From the NCBI GenBank assembly GCA_030390025.1, contig CM059432.1, positions 116,376,001 through 116,440,000 of the forward strand: a DNA stretch of 64,000 nucleotides, written 5' to 3'. This DNA is from Squalus acanthias (Eukaryota). Positions within the stretch are counted from its first letter, which is position 1. Every line of letters starts with the position of its first letter. The translations under genes and the position numbers were made by a program. This document shows positions 24,140 to 35,818 of the stretch, one piece after another. The notes beneath the pieces are model-generated. The model was not told the origin of the DNA and did not search any database. It worked only from the letters and a program-made list of their open reading frames with translations.

Positions 24140-26279
24140 CTACTTTTTGCCCTTCGAGGGTGATCTCCTTCCCTTGCGCACTTCCCCCCTTCTAACCCTA
24201 CTGCTCCTCCGTAATGGGACCTCAGTGGCTGCAGCAAGGCTGGTGGAAGGCTGCTGCTTGTCAGACCCTGACACTGCAGATGCCCCTGAAGGACGGCCTC
24301 GACCACTTCTGGGCCTGGAGGGCCCGGCTGCAGACTGCACCAACTCTGCATGGGCGGCAGCAGTCTGTCCTACAGGCGGTGGCAAGTGCAGTGGAGAAGT
24401 GACAGTGTTGGCAGCAGGAATGCTGTCATCGTGAGAGAGGACAGCAACTCCCTGCTCGCCCGACACACTGGCACTCCCACGGGGCAGCACTTCAGCATCC
24501 GGAGCAATTTGCCGGAGAACAGATTGCTGGCCTGCTGCGGCGCGGTGACAGCCCCGGGGACATGTGCACGAACCATCGAGGATGGCAGCAGTCAGTGCTC
24601 GCGTGGCCTCAATCTGAGTCTGCATGAGAGCAGGCTCAGATGGGTTCCTGGCAGCCAGTGACTGAATTGCAGCAGTAAGCTTTAGTGTGGCATCCGCCTG
24701 TGCTACAGCGAAGTGCTCCACACTCCTTGCCAGTGCCTCAATGCATTCGGGCACCCTTCCCACTGCACCCATGAGCTCAGTGTGCATGACCACCGCCTGG
24801 CTGTTCATTTCTGCAATCAGCCGCTCCTCCTCTGCGTCCATTGTATTAGGAGTGTCTGGCATACTCTCCCTCTGGGGAGAAGGCTCCCGTTCTTCCCTTC
24901 CCCCCCCATGGCGTTGCTGCAGCCCGCTGGGTCCTGGAACTTCACCATCATCAGCCCCTTCCCCCCTGCTCCCCCGTTCTTCCCTCCCCCCCCCATGGCG
25001 TTGCTGCAGCCCGCTGGGTCCTGGAACTTCACCATCATCAGCCCCTTCCCCCCTGCTCCCCCGTTCTTCCCTCCCCCCCCCCATGGCGTTGCTGCAGCCC
25101 GCTGGGTCCTGGAACTTCACCATCATCAGCCCCTTCCCCCCTGCTCCCCCGTTCTTCCCTCCCCCCCCCCCATGGCATTGCTGCAGCCCGCTGGGTCCTG
25201 GAACTTCACCATCATCAGCCCCTTCCCCCCTGCTCCCCTCCGGGGAAGGCGTGTTCCCAGTGTGGCCATGGGCTTCCTCGGAGAGGGTGGCACTGATGCT
25301 CCGGCTTCCTCTTCCTCCTCAGCTGCAGCATCACTCCCAGTGGCAGCTTCAGGGACCATCTCCTCAGCTGGTGAATCACCATCTGAAAGCAGGGAGGTAC
25401 AAGAGTGGCTTTAGCGTGAGGACAGTGTGGCAGTAAGGGAGGAATAAGTGCAGCGAGTTAGCAAGTTGGATTGAAAGTGTCAAAGGCTGGTATTGTGAGG
25501 GACAAGTGGAAGGACAGAGGACAAAAAGGTGATGACCTTACCATTGCTGTCCACAACGGGGTCGGCGTCTCCAGTGGCGACGGGACCGATCACCCGGCTT
25601 GCCACAATCCTGTGGACGCGCTCCTCCAGATCGCTGAGGGGTTGCAGCTGAAGCCGCCCTCCACCCGTCCGTTGCTGCTGTCTCCGATTATGAGCCAGCT
25701 TAGCCTGCAAGAAAAAGGACAGCATCTGAGTCAATATACAGCCATGGTCTTGCCTGATGTGCCTCCCATAGGTGAATAGCCCTTACTGTATGCAGCCATG
25801 GTCTTGCCTGATGTGCCTCCCATAGGTGAATAGCCCTTACAATATGCAGCCATGGTCTTGCCTGATGTGCCTCCCATAGGTGAATAGCCCTTACTGTATG
25901 CAAAGTGTGGAATGTGTGTGTGTGTTTGATGAAAGGGCCATAGGTGTTGCATGAGTGTTGTGCATTGGGGTTTTAAGACCCTCTGGCCATAGAGTGAGGT
26001 TGAGATGGAGGGATGGAGAGGTATTGAGAAAAAGCCACTCACCCTGACGACCCGAGTGAGGTCGTTGAACTTTTTGCGGCACTGGACATGGGTCCTGGGC
26101 ACCATGCTCCTGGCGGAGACGCTCTGAGCCACCTCCCTCCACACTCTTCTGAACTCGCGTGGCAAAGGCCTCCTGCCACTCTCCGGGAACAGCATGCATC
26201 GTCTGCGCTCCACTGCGTCAACCAGAGCATCCAAGGCCCGCTCGGTGAAGCGATGAGCGCGTTCTCTCACCCTCTCCAT
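24140..26279 (-). CDS. Harbinger Myb/SANT-like DNA-binding partner gene; predicted exons 26279-26043, 25704-25542, 25382-24140; exon 3 has frameshifts as assembled
   Basis: RFTERALDALVDAVERRR..WREVA..RTHVQCRKKFNDL trihelix; phase-compatible GT-AG introns (AGG|gtgagt, ttgcag|GCT, ATG|gtaagg, tttcag|AT); NRRQQQRTGGG in exon 2. Confidence 0.82.
24886..25238. repeat. About 87-bp coding VNTR, 4 copies, within Myb gene exon 3
   Basis: Unit encodes RGEGADDGEVPGPSGLQQRHGGGREERGS; the C-run length differs between units. Confidence 0.93.
25741..25902. repeat. 54-bp tandem repeat, 3 copies, in Myb gene intron 1
   Basis: gccatggtcttgcctgatgtgcctcccataggtgaatagcccttac(t/a)(g/a)tatgca x3. Confidence 0.95.
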
Positions 26280-26823
26280 GCTTGGCAGCAAAATGGATTA
26301 CAGGTCTCTCCAGGCTGAGATTCAAGGCTGCAATGAGCAGGGTGTGGCTGGGGAGCAAGTGGCCCCCCCCGCTTTAAGAAGTGTCCGGCACCAGTGTGTC
26401 TGTGTTCCCTCGCTAACTGGCAGCAGCTGCGCTGCGCTCGTGCGCTGAGTTAGCGCCTCACTCCTAGGCCTTTGCGCCTTAAGAGAGGTGTGCAGCGCCT
26501 AATTTAGCGCTCCACTCACCTCCCGGGGCGGTAAAAGTGAAGTTTCCTGTCAGTGCCGATAATTAGCGCCAGGCGCTAATATTTGCGCGCGGACGATATT
26601 TGCGCCCCAAATGGGGCGCGACCTAATTTCTACCCCAAAGCCTTCAGGCTTGTTTTTTTAACACTCTTAATCCTTTTAGAATTATTATTTACTGTAGCCC
26701 TGTTTGATTTACACCCTTGATTTCTCTGACTGCCACTTTTGCTTTTCTCCTTCCTGTCTTTTGCTTCTATCCTTGCTTCCCTTTCCTCTGTCTCCCTGCA
26801 CAGGTTCCCAACCCCCTGCCATT

Positions 26824-27774
26824 TTAGTTTAAACCCTCCCCAACAGCACTTGCAAACACTCCCCCTAGGACATCAGTCCTGGTCCTGCCCAGGTGCAAAC
26901 CGTCCAGTTTGTACTGGTCCCACCTCCCCCAGAACTGGTTCCAATATCCCAGGAATTTGAATCCCTCCCTCTTGCACCATTCCTCTAGCCACGTATTCAT
27001 CTGAAATATCCTTCTATTTCTACTCTGACTAGCACGTGGCACTGGTAGCAATCCTGAGATTACTACCTTTGAGGTCCTATTTTTTAATTTACCTCCTAAC
27101 TCCCTATATTCAGCTTTTAGGACCTCATCCCGGTTTTTACCTATATCGTTGGTACCTATATGCACCATGACAACTGGCTGTTCACCCTCCCTCTCCAGCA
27201 TGCCCTGCAGCCGCTCCGAGACATCCTTGACCCTTGCACCAGGGAGGCAACATACCATCCTGGAGTCTCGTTTGCGGCCGCAGAAACGCCTATCTATTCC
27301 CCTTACAATAGAAGCCCCTTTCACTATAGCTCTCCCGCTCTTTTTCCTCCCGTCCTGTGCAGCAGAACCACCCATGGTGCCAGGAAGTTGGCTGCTGCTG
27401 CCTTCCCCCGATAAACCATCTCCCTCAACAATATCCAAAGCGGTATATCTGTTTGAGAGGGGGATGGCCACAGGGGACCCCTGAACTACCTGCCTGCGCC
27501 TACTACTCTGCCTGTCGGTCACCCATTCCCTTCCTGCCTGTGCAGCCTTTACCTGCGGAGAGACCAACTGATTAAACGTGCTATCCATGACATCCTCAGC
27601 ATCGTGAATGCTCCAGTATGTATCCATTCGCAGCTCCAGCGCCACAATGCGGTCTGCCAGTAGCTGCAGCTGGATACACTTCCCTCACACATGGTCAACA
27701 GGGACACAGGAAGTGTCCCTGATTTCCCACATAGTGCAGGAGGAGCATACCACAGGGCTGAGCTGTGCTGCCAT
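26824..27774 (-). pseudogene. CR1-A ORF1 (zinc finger + esterase) with a nonsense mutation
   Basis: Collinear with CR1-B ORF1; TGA replaces a zinc-finger Cys (HV*GKC, about 27685); GDS changed to GAS. Confidence 0.9.
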
Positions 27775-28210
27775 GACTTACCCTTTAATTAATGTAAATT
27801 AAATTAAATCAAATCAATGACACTAATTACACTACAATTAAATGATATACTCAAGGGCCCTTGTTTACTAGCACTCCCCGCTACACAACAGAGACCTTAG
27901 AAACTCTAACCACAAAAATTAAGACCTTCTAAACTTTATAAACTATAGAGTAGTATAAATACTCACCTGGCCGTACTCACCCAATCAGCTTTAGTGACTG
28001 CTGGAGACCCCTCCTAATAGATAATTTTTTTTTGTGGAGCCAGGAAGGACAGGAGTAGTTTTCTCGGCGCCACAAAAATCTCTTCTGCCAGCCCGTTCTC
28101 ACCCCCATGGTACATTTATAACAATTGACACGGAGGCAGAAGTACCAGACATTACTGAATTATATGGGTTGTATTAATCACCTCATTAAAAAAGTCAAAA
28201 CTGTACTACT

Positions 28211-28664
28211 AGAAAGTAATTGCATTTATATAGCGCCTTTAATGATGTCCCAAAGCGCTTCACATCCAGTTTAGAATTTGTAAAGTGTAGTCACTGTTAT
28301 AATGTAGGAAACGCAGCAGCCAATTTGTGCACAGCAAGGTCCCTCAAACAGCAATGAGATAAATGACCAGATAATCTGCTTTTAGTGATGTTGGCTGAGG
28401 AAAAAATGTTGGCTAGGACACCAGAAGAGCTCACCTGCTCTTCTTCAAATAGTGTCATGGGATCTTTTACATCCTGAGAGGGAAGAAAGGACCCGGGGTT
28501 AACGTCTTATCCGAAAGTCAGCACCTCTGACAGTGTAGCACTCCCTCAGTAACGGCACTGAAGCGTCAGTCAAGATTATGTGCTTAAGTACCTGGAGTGG
28601 TGCTTGAACCCAGGACCTTCTGACTTCGAGACAAAAAATGCTACCACTGAACCAAGGCTAACAC
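28211..28664 (-). mobile_element. DeuSINE (SacSINE1-like) with L2 tail
   Basis: Reverse-complement homologue of 35347-35818; B-box gggttcaagcacc; ggcgctatataaatgca tail. Confidence 0.88.
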
Positions 28665-29512
28665 CAAACCTAGGACAAAACTAAATAGCACTTTCCAACT
28701 AAGGCCATAACTTATTTTTACTTGAGTAGAATTTAAAAGAAATTATTATTAATTACTTTAATAAGTAATTGTGACAAATAAATGATCACCCATGCATTTC
28801 AAAAAAATAATTTATGAGTCACAATGAGCTGGAATTCTACTTCATCAGAATAGTTTTTCTTTCCCCTTTGGCCTTTAATTAATCATGTGTTTAAATTAAT
28901 CATGTGCTTGGAAATTTAAATATCTAATAAGGTGCTATTTTCTTCAACTAATGCGTCTTTGTGTTTCATTTTATGAACTGCTATCGTTGCCGTGCCAGAT
29001 TTTGTTCCTTTTTTTTACCTCATCCCCAGTTTTAAACGCTACTCTCTTGTTGAGTGAGCTTGCAGCCCACTTTCCCCCAGGACTTCTCTACAATTATTGC
29101 TTTACAAGCATTTACTAGGAGGAGTGACAGAGTGCCTCGGAGTGAGATCAAATTTTGTTTTTCCTTCCGGTTTATAGAAAAGTTCCTATTCTCCAATGTC
29201 AATCCCCACCAAAATTAAGAACTAGTTGTGTGGGCAAAGGCAGGCACAAAGTGGCGTTGTCCAATTCCATGGCACTCACTGCATGTTGGAGAATCAATCC
29301 ACTGTGCTGCCACTTGTTAAGTTTAAACTTTAACAATTACCACATGCTGTGTGATAGATTGTTTCTTAAAGATTGTTTTTAAAATGCACAAAGCGTGCAC
29401 ACAGGATTCTTGCTGTTTCAAACATTATGAAACCATTTTCCTATAGGACCATAATTCTATGTGACCATTATTCTGTGCCAAGTAGTTCAACCCTTTCAGC
29501 TTTAACTCCAAT

Positions 29513-29666
29513 GGGGGAATTTTCACTTTTACCACCGGGCAGAAAACAGGTAGTAGCAGATTGGCTGTCCGTTTTACACACTGCCCGATTTTTCTTTCCA
29601 TGGACTATGAGGGTGTAAAACTAAATGAACGGCCAACCAGTCAGTGGTAAAAGTGAAAATTCACCT
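29513..29666. mobile_element. Harbinger-type MITE
   Basis: Terminal inverted repeats gaattttcacttttaccac / gtggtaaaagtgaaaattc. Confidence 0.8.
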
Positions 29667-29825
29667 CCGCCCACTTTTATGTGAAGATATTTTTCAGAAG
29701 GACATTCTATAGCTGCTACATTAAGTGAATCTCAAGACTGCAAAACATTAACCTGCAAATGATTCTAGAATAGGAACTATAAGGTTTATAAGACCACCAG
29801 AACTGAAATTCAAGAAATCTAACAG

Positions 29826-30038
29826 GGGTGCGGGGGGGGGGGGGGGGGAGAGGAGGAGGGGGGGATGAGGGGAGAGAGAGGAGGGAGGGGGGGAATTGAG
29901 AGGGGTGAAGAGAGAGGAGGGAGGGGGGAATTGAGAGGGGTGAAGAGAGAGGAGGGAGGGGGGAAGAGAGAGAGAGGAGGGGGGGAAGAGAGAGGGGGGA
30001 TGAGAGAGAGAGGAGGGAGGGGGAAGAGAGAGAGAGGA
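29826..30038. repeat. G/A-rich low-complexity tract next to an L2 tail
   Basis: Poly-G and imperfect gagaggagggagggggga units. Confidence 0.9.
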
Positions 30039-30760
30039 CAACAACAAATTGCATTTATATAGCGCCTCTAATGTAATAAAATGTCCCATGGCACTTCACA
30101 GGTGCGTTATCAAACAAAATTTGACACCGAGCCACATAAGGAGATATTAGAACAGATGACCAAAAGCTTGGTCAAAGAGTTAGGTTTTAAGGAGCGTCTT
30201 AAAGGAGGAGAGAGAGAGGTAGAGAGGTGGAGAGGTTTAGGCAGGGAATTCCAGAACTTAGGGCCCAGGCAACAGAAGGCACGGTCACCAATGGTAGAAC
30301 AATTAAAATCGGGGATGTGCAAGAGGCCAGAATTAGAGGAGCGCAGAGATCTCAGAGGGTTGTAGGGCTGGAAGAGATTATAAAGATAGGGAGGGGCGAG
30401 GCCATGGAGGGATTTGAAAACAAGGATGAGAATTTTAAAATTGGAGTATTGCCGGATCAGGAGCCAATGTAGGTCAGCGAGCACAGGGGTAATAGGTGAA
30501 TGGGACTTGGTGCGAGTTAGGATACGGGCAGCAGAGCTTTGGATGAGTTCACATTTATGGAGGGTGGAAGATGGGAAGCGGCCAGGAGAGAGTTGAAATA
30601 GTCAAGTCTAGAGGTAACAAAGGCATGGATGAGGGTTTCAGCAGAAGATGAGCTGAGGCAGGGGCAGAGTCGGGAGATGTTATGGATGTGGAAATAGGCG
30701 GTCTTAGTGATGGCGCGGATATGTGGTCAGAGGTCATCTCGGGGTCAAATATGACACCAA
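30039..30760 (-). mobile_element. L2 LINE 3' fragment
   Basis: LADLHWL..FKILILVFKSLHGLAPPYL, GPKFWNSLP; (caa)n + gcatttatatagcgcc tail. Confidence 0.92.
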
Positions 30761-31240
30761 GGGGGGAATTTTTCGGGAGGTCAGCGGGCGCGATCGGTGG
30801 CGAGTCAGCTGGGAAATTTTTTTTTATAGACAGCGGGTCGGGACACGCCTTTCCCAAATGTCAGGTCTGTCAATGCTGAGCAGACCCAACACGCAGCGCC
30901 GTGGAGGCAATTCAGGTCATTATGACCTTGTTAACAGCCCATTAAAAACTATTTTGTGCTCACCTTCAGAGTTCACCAGGTCGCCCACGGGGTCTACGCT
31001 GCTCAGGGATCATGTCAGGTAAGCAGGTTGGGAGTTGAATGGCCGTGGAATCATCTCATTACTTGACAGCTGCAAATGTGCTATAAAAGCTCCCATCTCA
31101 CAGCTGTTCACTTTCCAAGCTCAGAAGCTGTTGCTTACTGCATTTGGAAGGCAGATTGAGCTTTATGCAGGTTGCAAGTGTTTGGAGTAAACTCTCTATC
31201 CAGTGTCACCTCACTGGAACAACCTCTCTCACCATTGACA
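30761..31240 (+). mobile_element. Left-end fragment of a Harbinger-type element
   Basis: Starts ggggggaatttttc, CpG-rich subterminal region, ctataaaag; interrupts the L2; no right end found. Confidence 0.5.
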
Positions 31241-31246
31241 GATCGC

Positions 31247-31535
31247 GACCTCTTCCACCTAGAAGGACAAGGGCAGCAGGCGCATGGGAACACCACCAAG
31301 TTCCCCTCCAAGTCACACACCATCCTGACTTGGAAGTATATCGCCGATCCTTCATCGTCGCTGGGTCAAAATCCTGGAACTCCCTCCCTAACAACACTGT
31401 GGGAGTACCTTCACCACACGGACTGCAGCGGTTCAAGAAGGCGGCTCACCACCACCTTCTCAAGGGCAGCTAGGGATGGGCAATAAATGCTGGCCTTGCC
31501 AGCAACACTCACATCCCATGAATAAATAAAAAAAA
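31247..31535 (+). mobile_element. CR1-clade LINE 3' tail (same family as 10788-12492)
   Basis: Collinear with 12198-12490. Confidence 0.9.
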
Positions 31536-32010
31536 GAGAATTTTATAACAACACAATATGCTACCTATTTTCAATTTTCCCTATATACTTTATCCTTTGT
31601 GCTTAGGATCAGATTGGCATTATTGTCCTTGAATAGTACTTGGGAAACCTTTTTGCTTTTTTACCAAATCACAGTGTGATGCTGTAATTTGTGTCTAAAT
31701 GTGCAATTACAGTAAATACAGTTGCCAAAAAAAATGCATCAGAGGTAGACAGAAGCTCCTCTGCACACATCACATGTAACTGATAAGGATGACTAATAAC
31801 CAAGACTGATCTCACTTGTACCCACGGGGTTGATTTGATTCTGGGAATTGCTGCAATCAATCGAAGACAGTGCCGAAGCCGGAAATCAGGCACATTGCAG
31901 TATGCAGGATCCCGTAACAGCTGACTACAACCACTGACAGTAAGTCCATCTAATTGATTGACAAAGAAAAGGGGCATGCCACAGCAATATCTATGCTGCC
32001 AGCTATTTCT

Positions 32011-32328
32011 ACATAAGAACATAAGAATTAGGAGCAGGAGTAGGCCATTCGGCCCCTCGAGCCTGCTCCGCCATTCAATAAGATCATGGCTGATCTTCAA
32101 CCTCATCCCCACTTTCCCGTCCTATCCCCATATCCCTTGATTCCCTTAATACCCAAAAATCTATCGATCTCTGTCTGAAATATACTCAACGACTGAGCCT
32201 CACAGCCCTCTGGGGTAGAGAATTCCAAAGATTCACCACCCTCCTGAGTGAAGAAATTTCTCCTCATCTCCGTCCTAAATGGCCGAGCCCTTATTCTGAG
32301 ACTGTGACCCCTGGTTCAGACTCCCCAG
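32011..32328 (-). mobile_element. CR1 3' end
   Basis: acataagaacataagaa tail and ggccattcggcccctcgagcctgctccgcc stem-loop. Confidence 0.9.
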
Positions 32329-32362
32329 GATTTTCTGGATACCACTTGTAACCATATACATT

Positions 32363-32661
32363 AACAACAACAACAACAACTTGCATTTATATAGAGCCTT
32401 TGACATAGTAAAACGTCCCAAGGCACTTCAGAGCAGTATTAAAAGACAAAAAATTTGACACTTAGCCACATAAGGATAAATTAGGGCAGGTGACCAAAAG
32501 CTTGGTCAAAGAGGTAGGTTTTAAGGAGCGTCTTAAAGGAGAAAAGAGAGTTCGCGAGGCGGAGAGATTTAGGCAGGGAATTCCAGAGCTTAGGGTCTAG
32601 GCAACAAAAGGCACGGCCACCAATGGTTGAGCGATTATAATCAGGGATGCTCAAGAGGTCA
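32363..32661 (-). mobile_element. L2 3' end
   Basis: (aac)n + ttgcatttatatag; collinear with 30039-30330. Confidence 0.88.
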
Positions 32662-33124
32662 GCGTACTACTGTAAAATGGCAGGACACATGTGTCAGATC
32701 GCTCAGTGGAAAGGAAAAATGCCACACACTGTGGACTATTTCACAGCTTGCCACGCCTATTAATGGAGAGATATCAACATGTGGCAATGTTGATCTAAGT
32801 GCCAGTAGCCAGGACTGTCCAAGAGCAGTATTTATGACAGTGTGGTAAGCACTGTGCACAGTTCCTGCAGTCTCCTGCACTCCACCCACATCCTAAGACA
32901 TGCTATTCATTTTATACATCTCAGAAGGACTACAAATTAAGTGAACACTCCTAGGATTCAAGCACAAGGTCCTCCAGCTCCAATCAAACTGAGCTACCCA
33001 GCACTCACCACTGCTGAGAGTGGAGATCATTTCAATTATAGAGCTTATTTTAAATGTATACCAGATTGTAGACTTATTGCTCCCAATAGGTACTGGGGGC
33101 TGTGAAGAGAACTGGCGGGGGTGG

Positions 33125-33771
33125 GGGGAGATTTCCTGATGGGAAACCCGGAAGTACGGGTTTCCTGGACGCCCTGCAGGATTTAACTTTAAAATTTTTT
33201 CAGTAGGTTTCCCGCCCGATAGCCAGCCTGATTGATAGGCTGGCTGCCTGTCAGGCGAGAAAGCAGCCGAGGAGCGGATGCCAGGTAAGTGGGGGAGTCG
33301 GACATTATGGTGGGGGTTCGGTTATCAGGGTGGCGGGTTGGTAATCGTGGGAGGGGGGTTGGAGATCGCAGAGGTTGGGGCGGGGGTCGGAGATCACGGT
33401 TGGGGGGGATGCAGAGGTTAGCTTGTTGGGCCTGGACCAAGCACTCCCACTGCTCCCAATCCACAAGCAGTGCTGTAAATGCACTTACCTTGTGGATCGG
33501 CCCTTCTCGCCTCCTTTTATCTGCCTGGGTTCCCGAGCCCTAGGAAAAATGTAAAAAATCTCAAGCCCAAACCCAACCCGCCTTAAACCCGCCCACGTCC
33601 GGTTTTAACTGAGGCGGGGTGGGGGCGGGTGCCCAACCCACTCCCAGGAGGCTGGTCGCTCATTTAAACATTTTAATCAAGCAGGACCTGTGGGAAACCC
33701 ATTCTTCCGGGTCTCTCGACCGCAAAACTGCACCCCCTGCTCTCTCCCCATCTCCCTGTTAGTATCGAGCC
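33125..33771. mobile_element. Non-autonomous Harbinger-like element(s), possibly composite
   Basis: CpG-rich, internal inverted motifs (gggaaacccgga/gggtttcc; cagcctgattgataggctg); termini match poorly. Confidence 0.45.
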
Positions 33772-33782
33772 ATACTGTCTAC

Positions 33783-34253
33783 TGTGGTTATCTTATGTTT
33801 ATGGGATCATAGCATGGGAACCGTTAGTTGACTCTTTCTGCCTGTTGTGGAATATGAGGGAGTTGTTAGGTGGCTGCCTGGCTTGGGAATATATTGAACT
33901 GGATTGACTTGCAGGCACAAAGGCAGGCTCAAGGTCCCATAATATAACGAGTGGTTAATGTCTATAAAGCAGACTTAAAGTATAGAATATTAGAATGTTT
34001 CTCGGAGTGAGGCTGGACCACTCAAGTGTTACCATAAGGCCATTCGAGATCGATCAGCTTGGAAGCTTGTTGATGTTTAGCAGGTTGTATCTCAACATCT
34101 TATTTACTATGTTGTAAGTATAACCTTTGTAATTTAACATTTTGACAACTTTACTTCTTGTATTGTAGCTCCTTTTATAACTGTAATAAACATATACAAG
34201 ACTCCCTCTAGTCTCTGAGTATCACAGATCGAATCTCATATAAACTACTCACA
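33783..34253 (+). mobile_element. Possible solo LTR
   Basis: TG start, tataaa at about 33963, aataaa at about 34185, CA end; no clean TSD. Confidence 0.3.
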
Positions 34254-34549
34254 CCTCTATTATTGGAGCCAGCAGGGAGTTGTCCTGGTGTTTTAGTCAA
34301 TATTTCTTCCTCAGCTGACACAAGCAACTCACAACAGATTAACTGGTCATTCATCACGTTGCCTGTTGTTCAATGTTGCAGAAAGGCTGCTAGGATTGTT
34401 TCCATAACAATGTCTGCATGTGGCAATGTGAAAAAGGCACTATTTAACTGTGAGCATTTCTTTCTTCTGTCAAGCATCTCTATGCCACATACATGAGGAC
34501 ACATAATATGTGCCATGAATGTAATGAAGTGTTTTAGAAATGTGTTTAA

Positions 34550-35152
34550 TGAAGTTATGATGAACCTTTATAAAACAATGGTTCGGCCTCAGCTGGAGTA
34601 TTGTGTCCAATTCTGGGCACCGCACTTTAGGAAGGATGTGAAGGCCTTTAGAGAGGGTGCAGAAACGATTTACGAGAATGGTTCCAGGGATGAGGGACTT
34701 CAGTTACGTGGATAGACTGGAGAATCTGGGATTGTTCTCCTTAGAGCAGAGAAGGTTGAGAGGAGATTTGATAGAAGTATTCAAAATCATGAGGGGTCTA
34801 GACAGAGTAGATAGAGAGAAACTGTTCCCATTGGCGGAAGGGTCGAGAACCAGAGGACACAGATTTAAGGTGATTGGCAAAAGAACCAAAAGCGACATGA
34901 GGAAAATATTTTTTACACAGCGAGTGGTTAGGATCTGGAATGCACTGCCTGAAAGGGTGGTGGAGGCAGATTTAATCATGGCTTTCAAAAGGGAGTTGGA
35001 TAAGTACCTGAAGGAAAAAAAATTGCAGGCCTACGGGGAAAGGGCAGGGAATGGGACTAGCTGAAGTGCTCTTGCAGAGAGCCGGCACGGGCTTGATGGG
35101 CCAAATGGCCTCCTTCTGTGCTGTAACCATTCTATGATTCTATGATTCTATG
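34550..35152 (+). mobile_element. CR1 LINE 3' fragment
   Basis: LYKTMVRPQLEYCVQFWAP, RRLRGDLIEVFK; ends (attctatg)3. Confidence 0.93.
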
Positions 35153-35346
35153 AAAGCAATTCACTGTTCCTATCTGTTGAGCACAGTATTGTATATTGCA
35201 ATGGAGAATATGTCCCTTATTGTACTTTTATAGTAGATAAAACTCCTACAGCAGCAGGTTCGGTGTTCTGGCGATTAGGTTAAGGCCCCTAAAATGCACC
35301 CATCCTCTGCCCAATGTTGCTGCCATGATGCTATGTAAGTTCAATG

Positions 35347-35818
35347 GTGTCAGCTGTGGCTCAGTGGTACACACTTTCACCTCTGAGTCAGAAGGTTGTG
35401 GGTTCAAGTCCCACTGCCAGAGACTTGAGCACAAAATCTCAGCTGATACTTCCAGTGCAGTACTGAGGGAGTGCTGCACTGTCAGAGGTGCCGTCTTTCA
35501 GCTGAGATGTTAAACCAAGGCCCCATCTGCCCTCTTAGGTTGACGTGAAAGTTCCCAACGGCCCTATTCGAAGAAGAGCAGGGGAGTTCTCCCGGTGTCA
35601 TGTCCAGTATTTATCCCTCAATCAACATCACTAAAACAGATTTTCTGGTCATTATCACATTGCTGTTTGTGGGAGCTTGATGTGAGCGAATTGGCTGCCG
35701 CATTTCCTACATTATGACAGTGACTACACTTCAAAAGTACTTCATTGGGTGTAAAGTGCTTTGGGACGTCCTGAGGTTGTGAAACGCGCTATATAAATGC
35801 TAGTTCTTTCTTTTTTTT
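35347..35818 (+). mobile_element. Full-length DeuSINE (SacSINE1-like)
   Basis: A-box tggctcagtgg, B-box gggttcaagtccc, Deu-like core (gagatgttaaaccaaggcccc...cacattgctgtttgtgggagcttg), L2-type tail. Confidence 0.9.

Larger units (their letters stand above)
22175..26636 (+). mobile_element. Complete PIF/Harbinger DNA transposon (4462 bp)
   Basis: TIRs GGGGTAAAAATT / GGGGTAGAAATT; 3-bp TSD AAA (22172-22174, 26637-26639); convergent transposase and Myb/SANT genes. Confidence 0.96.
14728..27990 (-). mobile_element. CR1 LINE 'A' (host of the nest), in three pieces: 26637-27990, 21488-22174, 14728-16581
   Basis: Removing the inserts rejoins ORF2 exactly (SLKA|LCLNARSIRNK and GNYDGM|RFELARMDW); RT catalytic FADD mutated to FAEG, stop at 16127, 3' end missing. 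Confidence 0.93.

Noticed and set aside
35347..35420. tRNA genes (also at 1124, 28600, 43426)
   Set aside because: A/B boxes belong to SINE heads and no full cloverleaf is apparent
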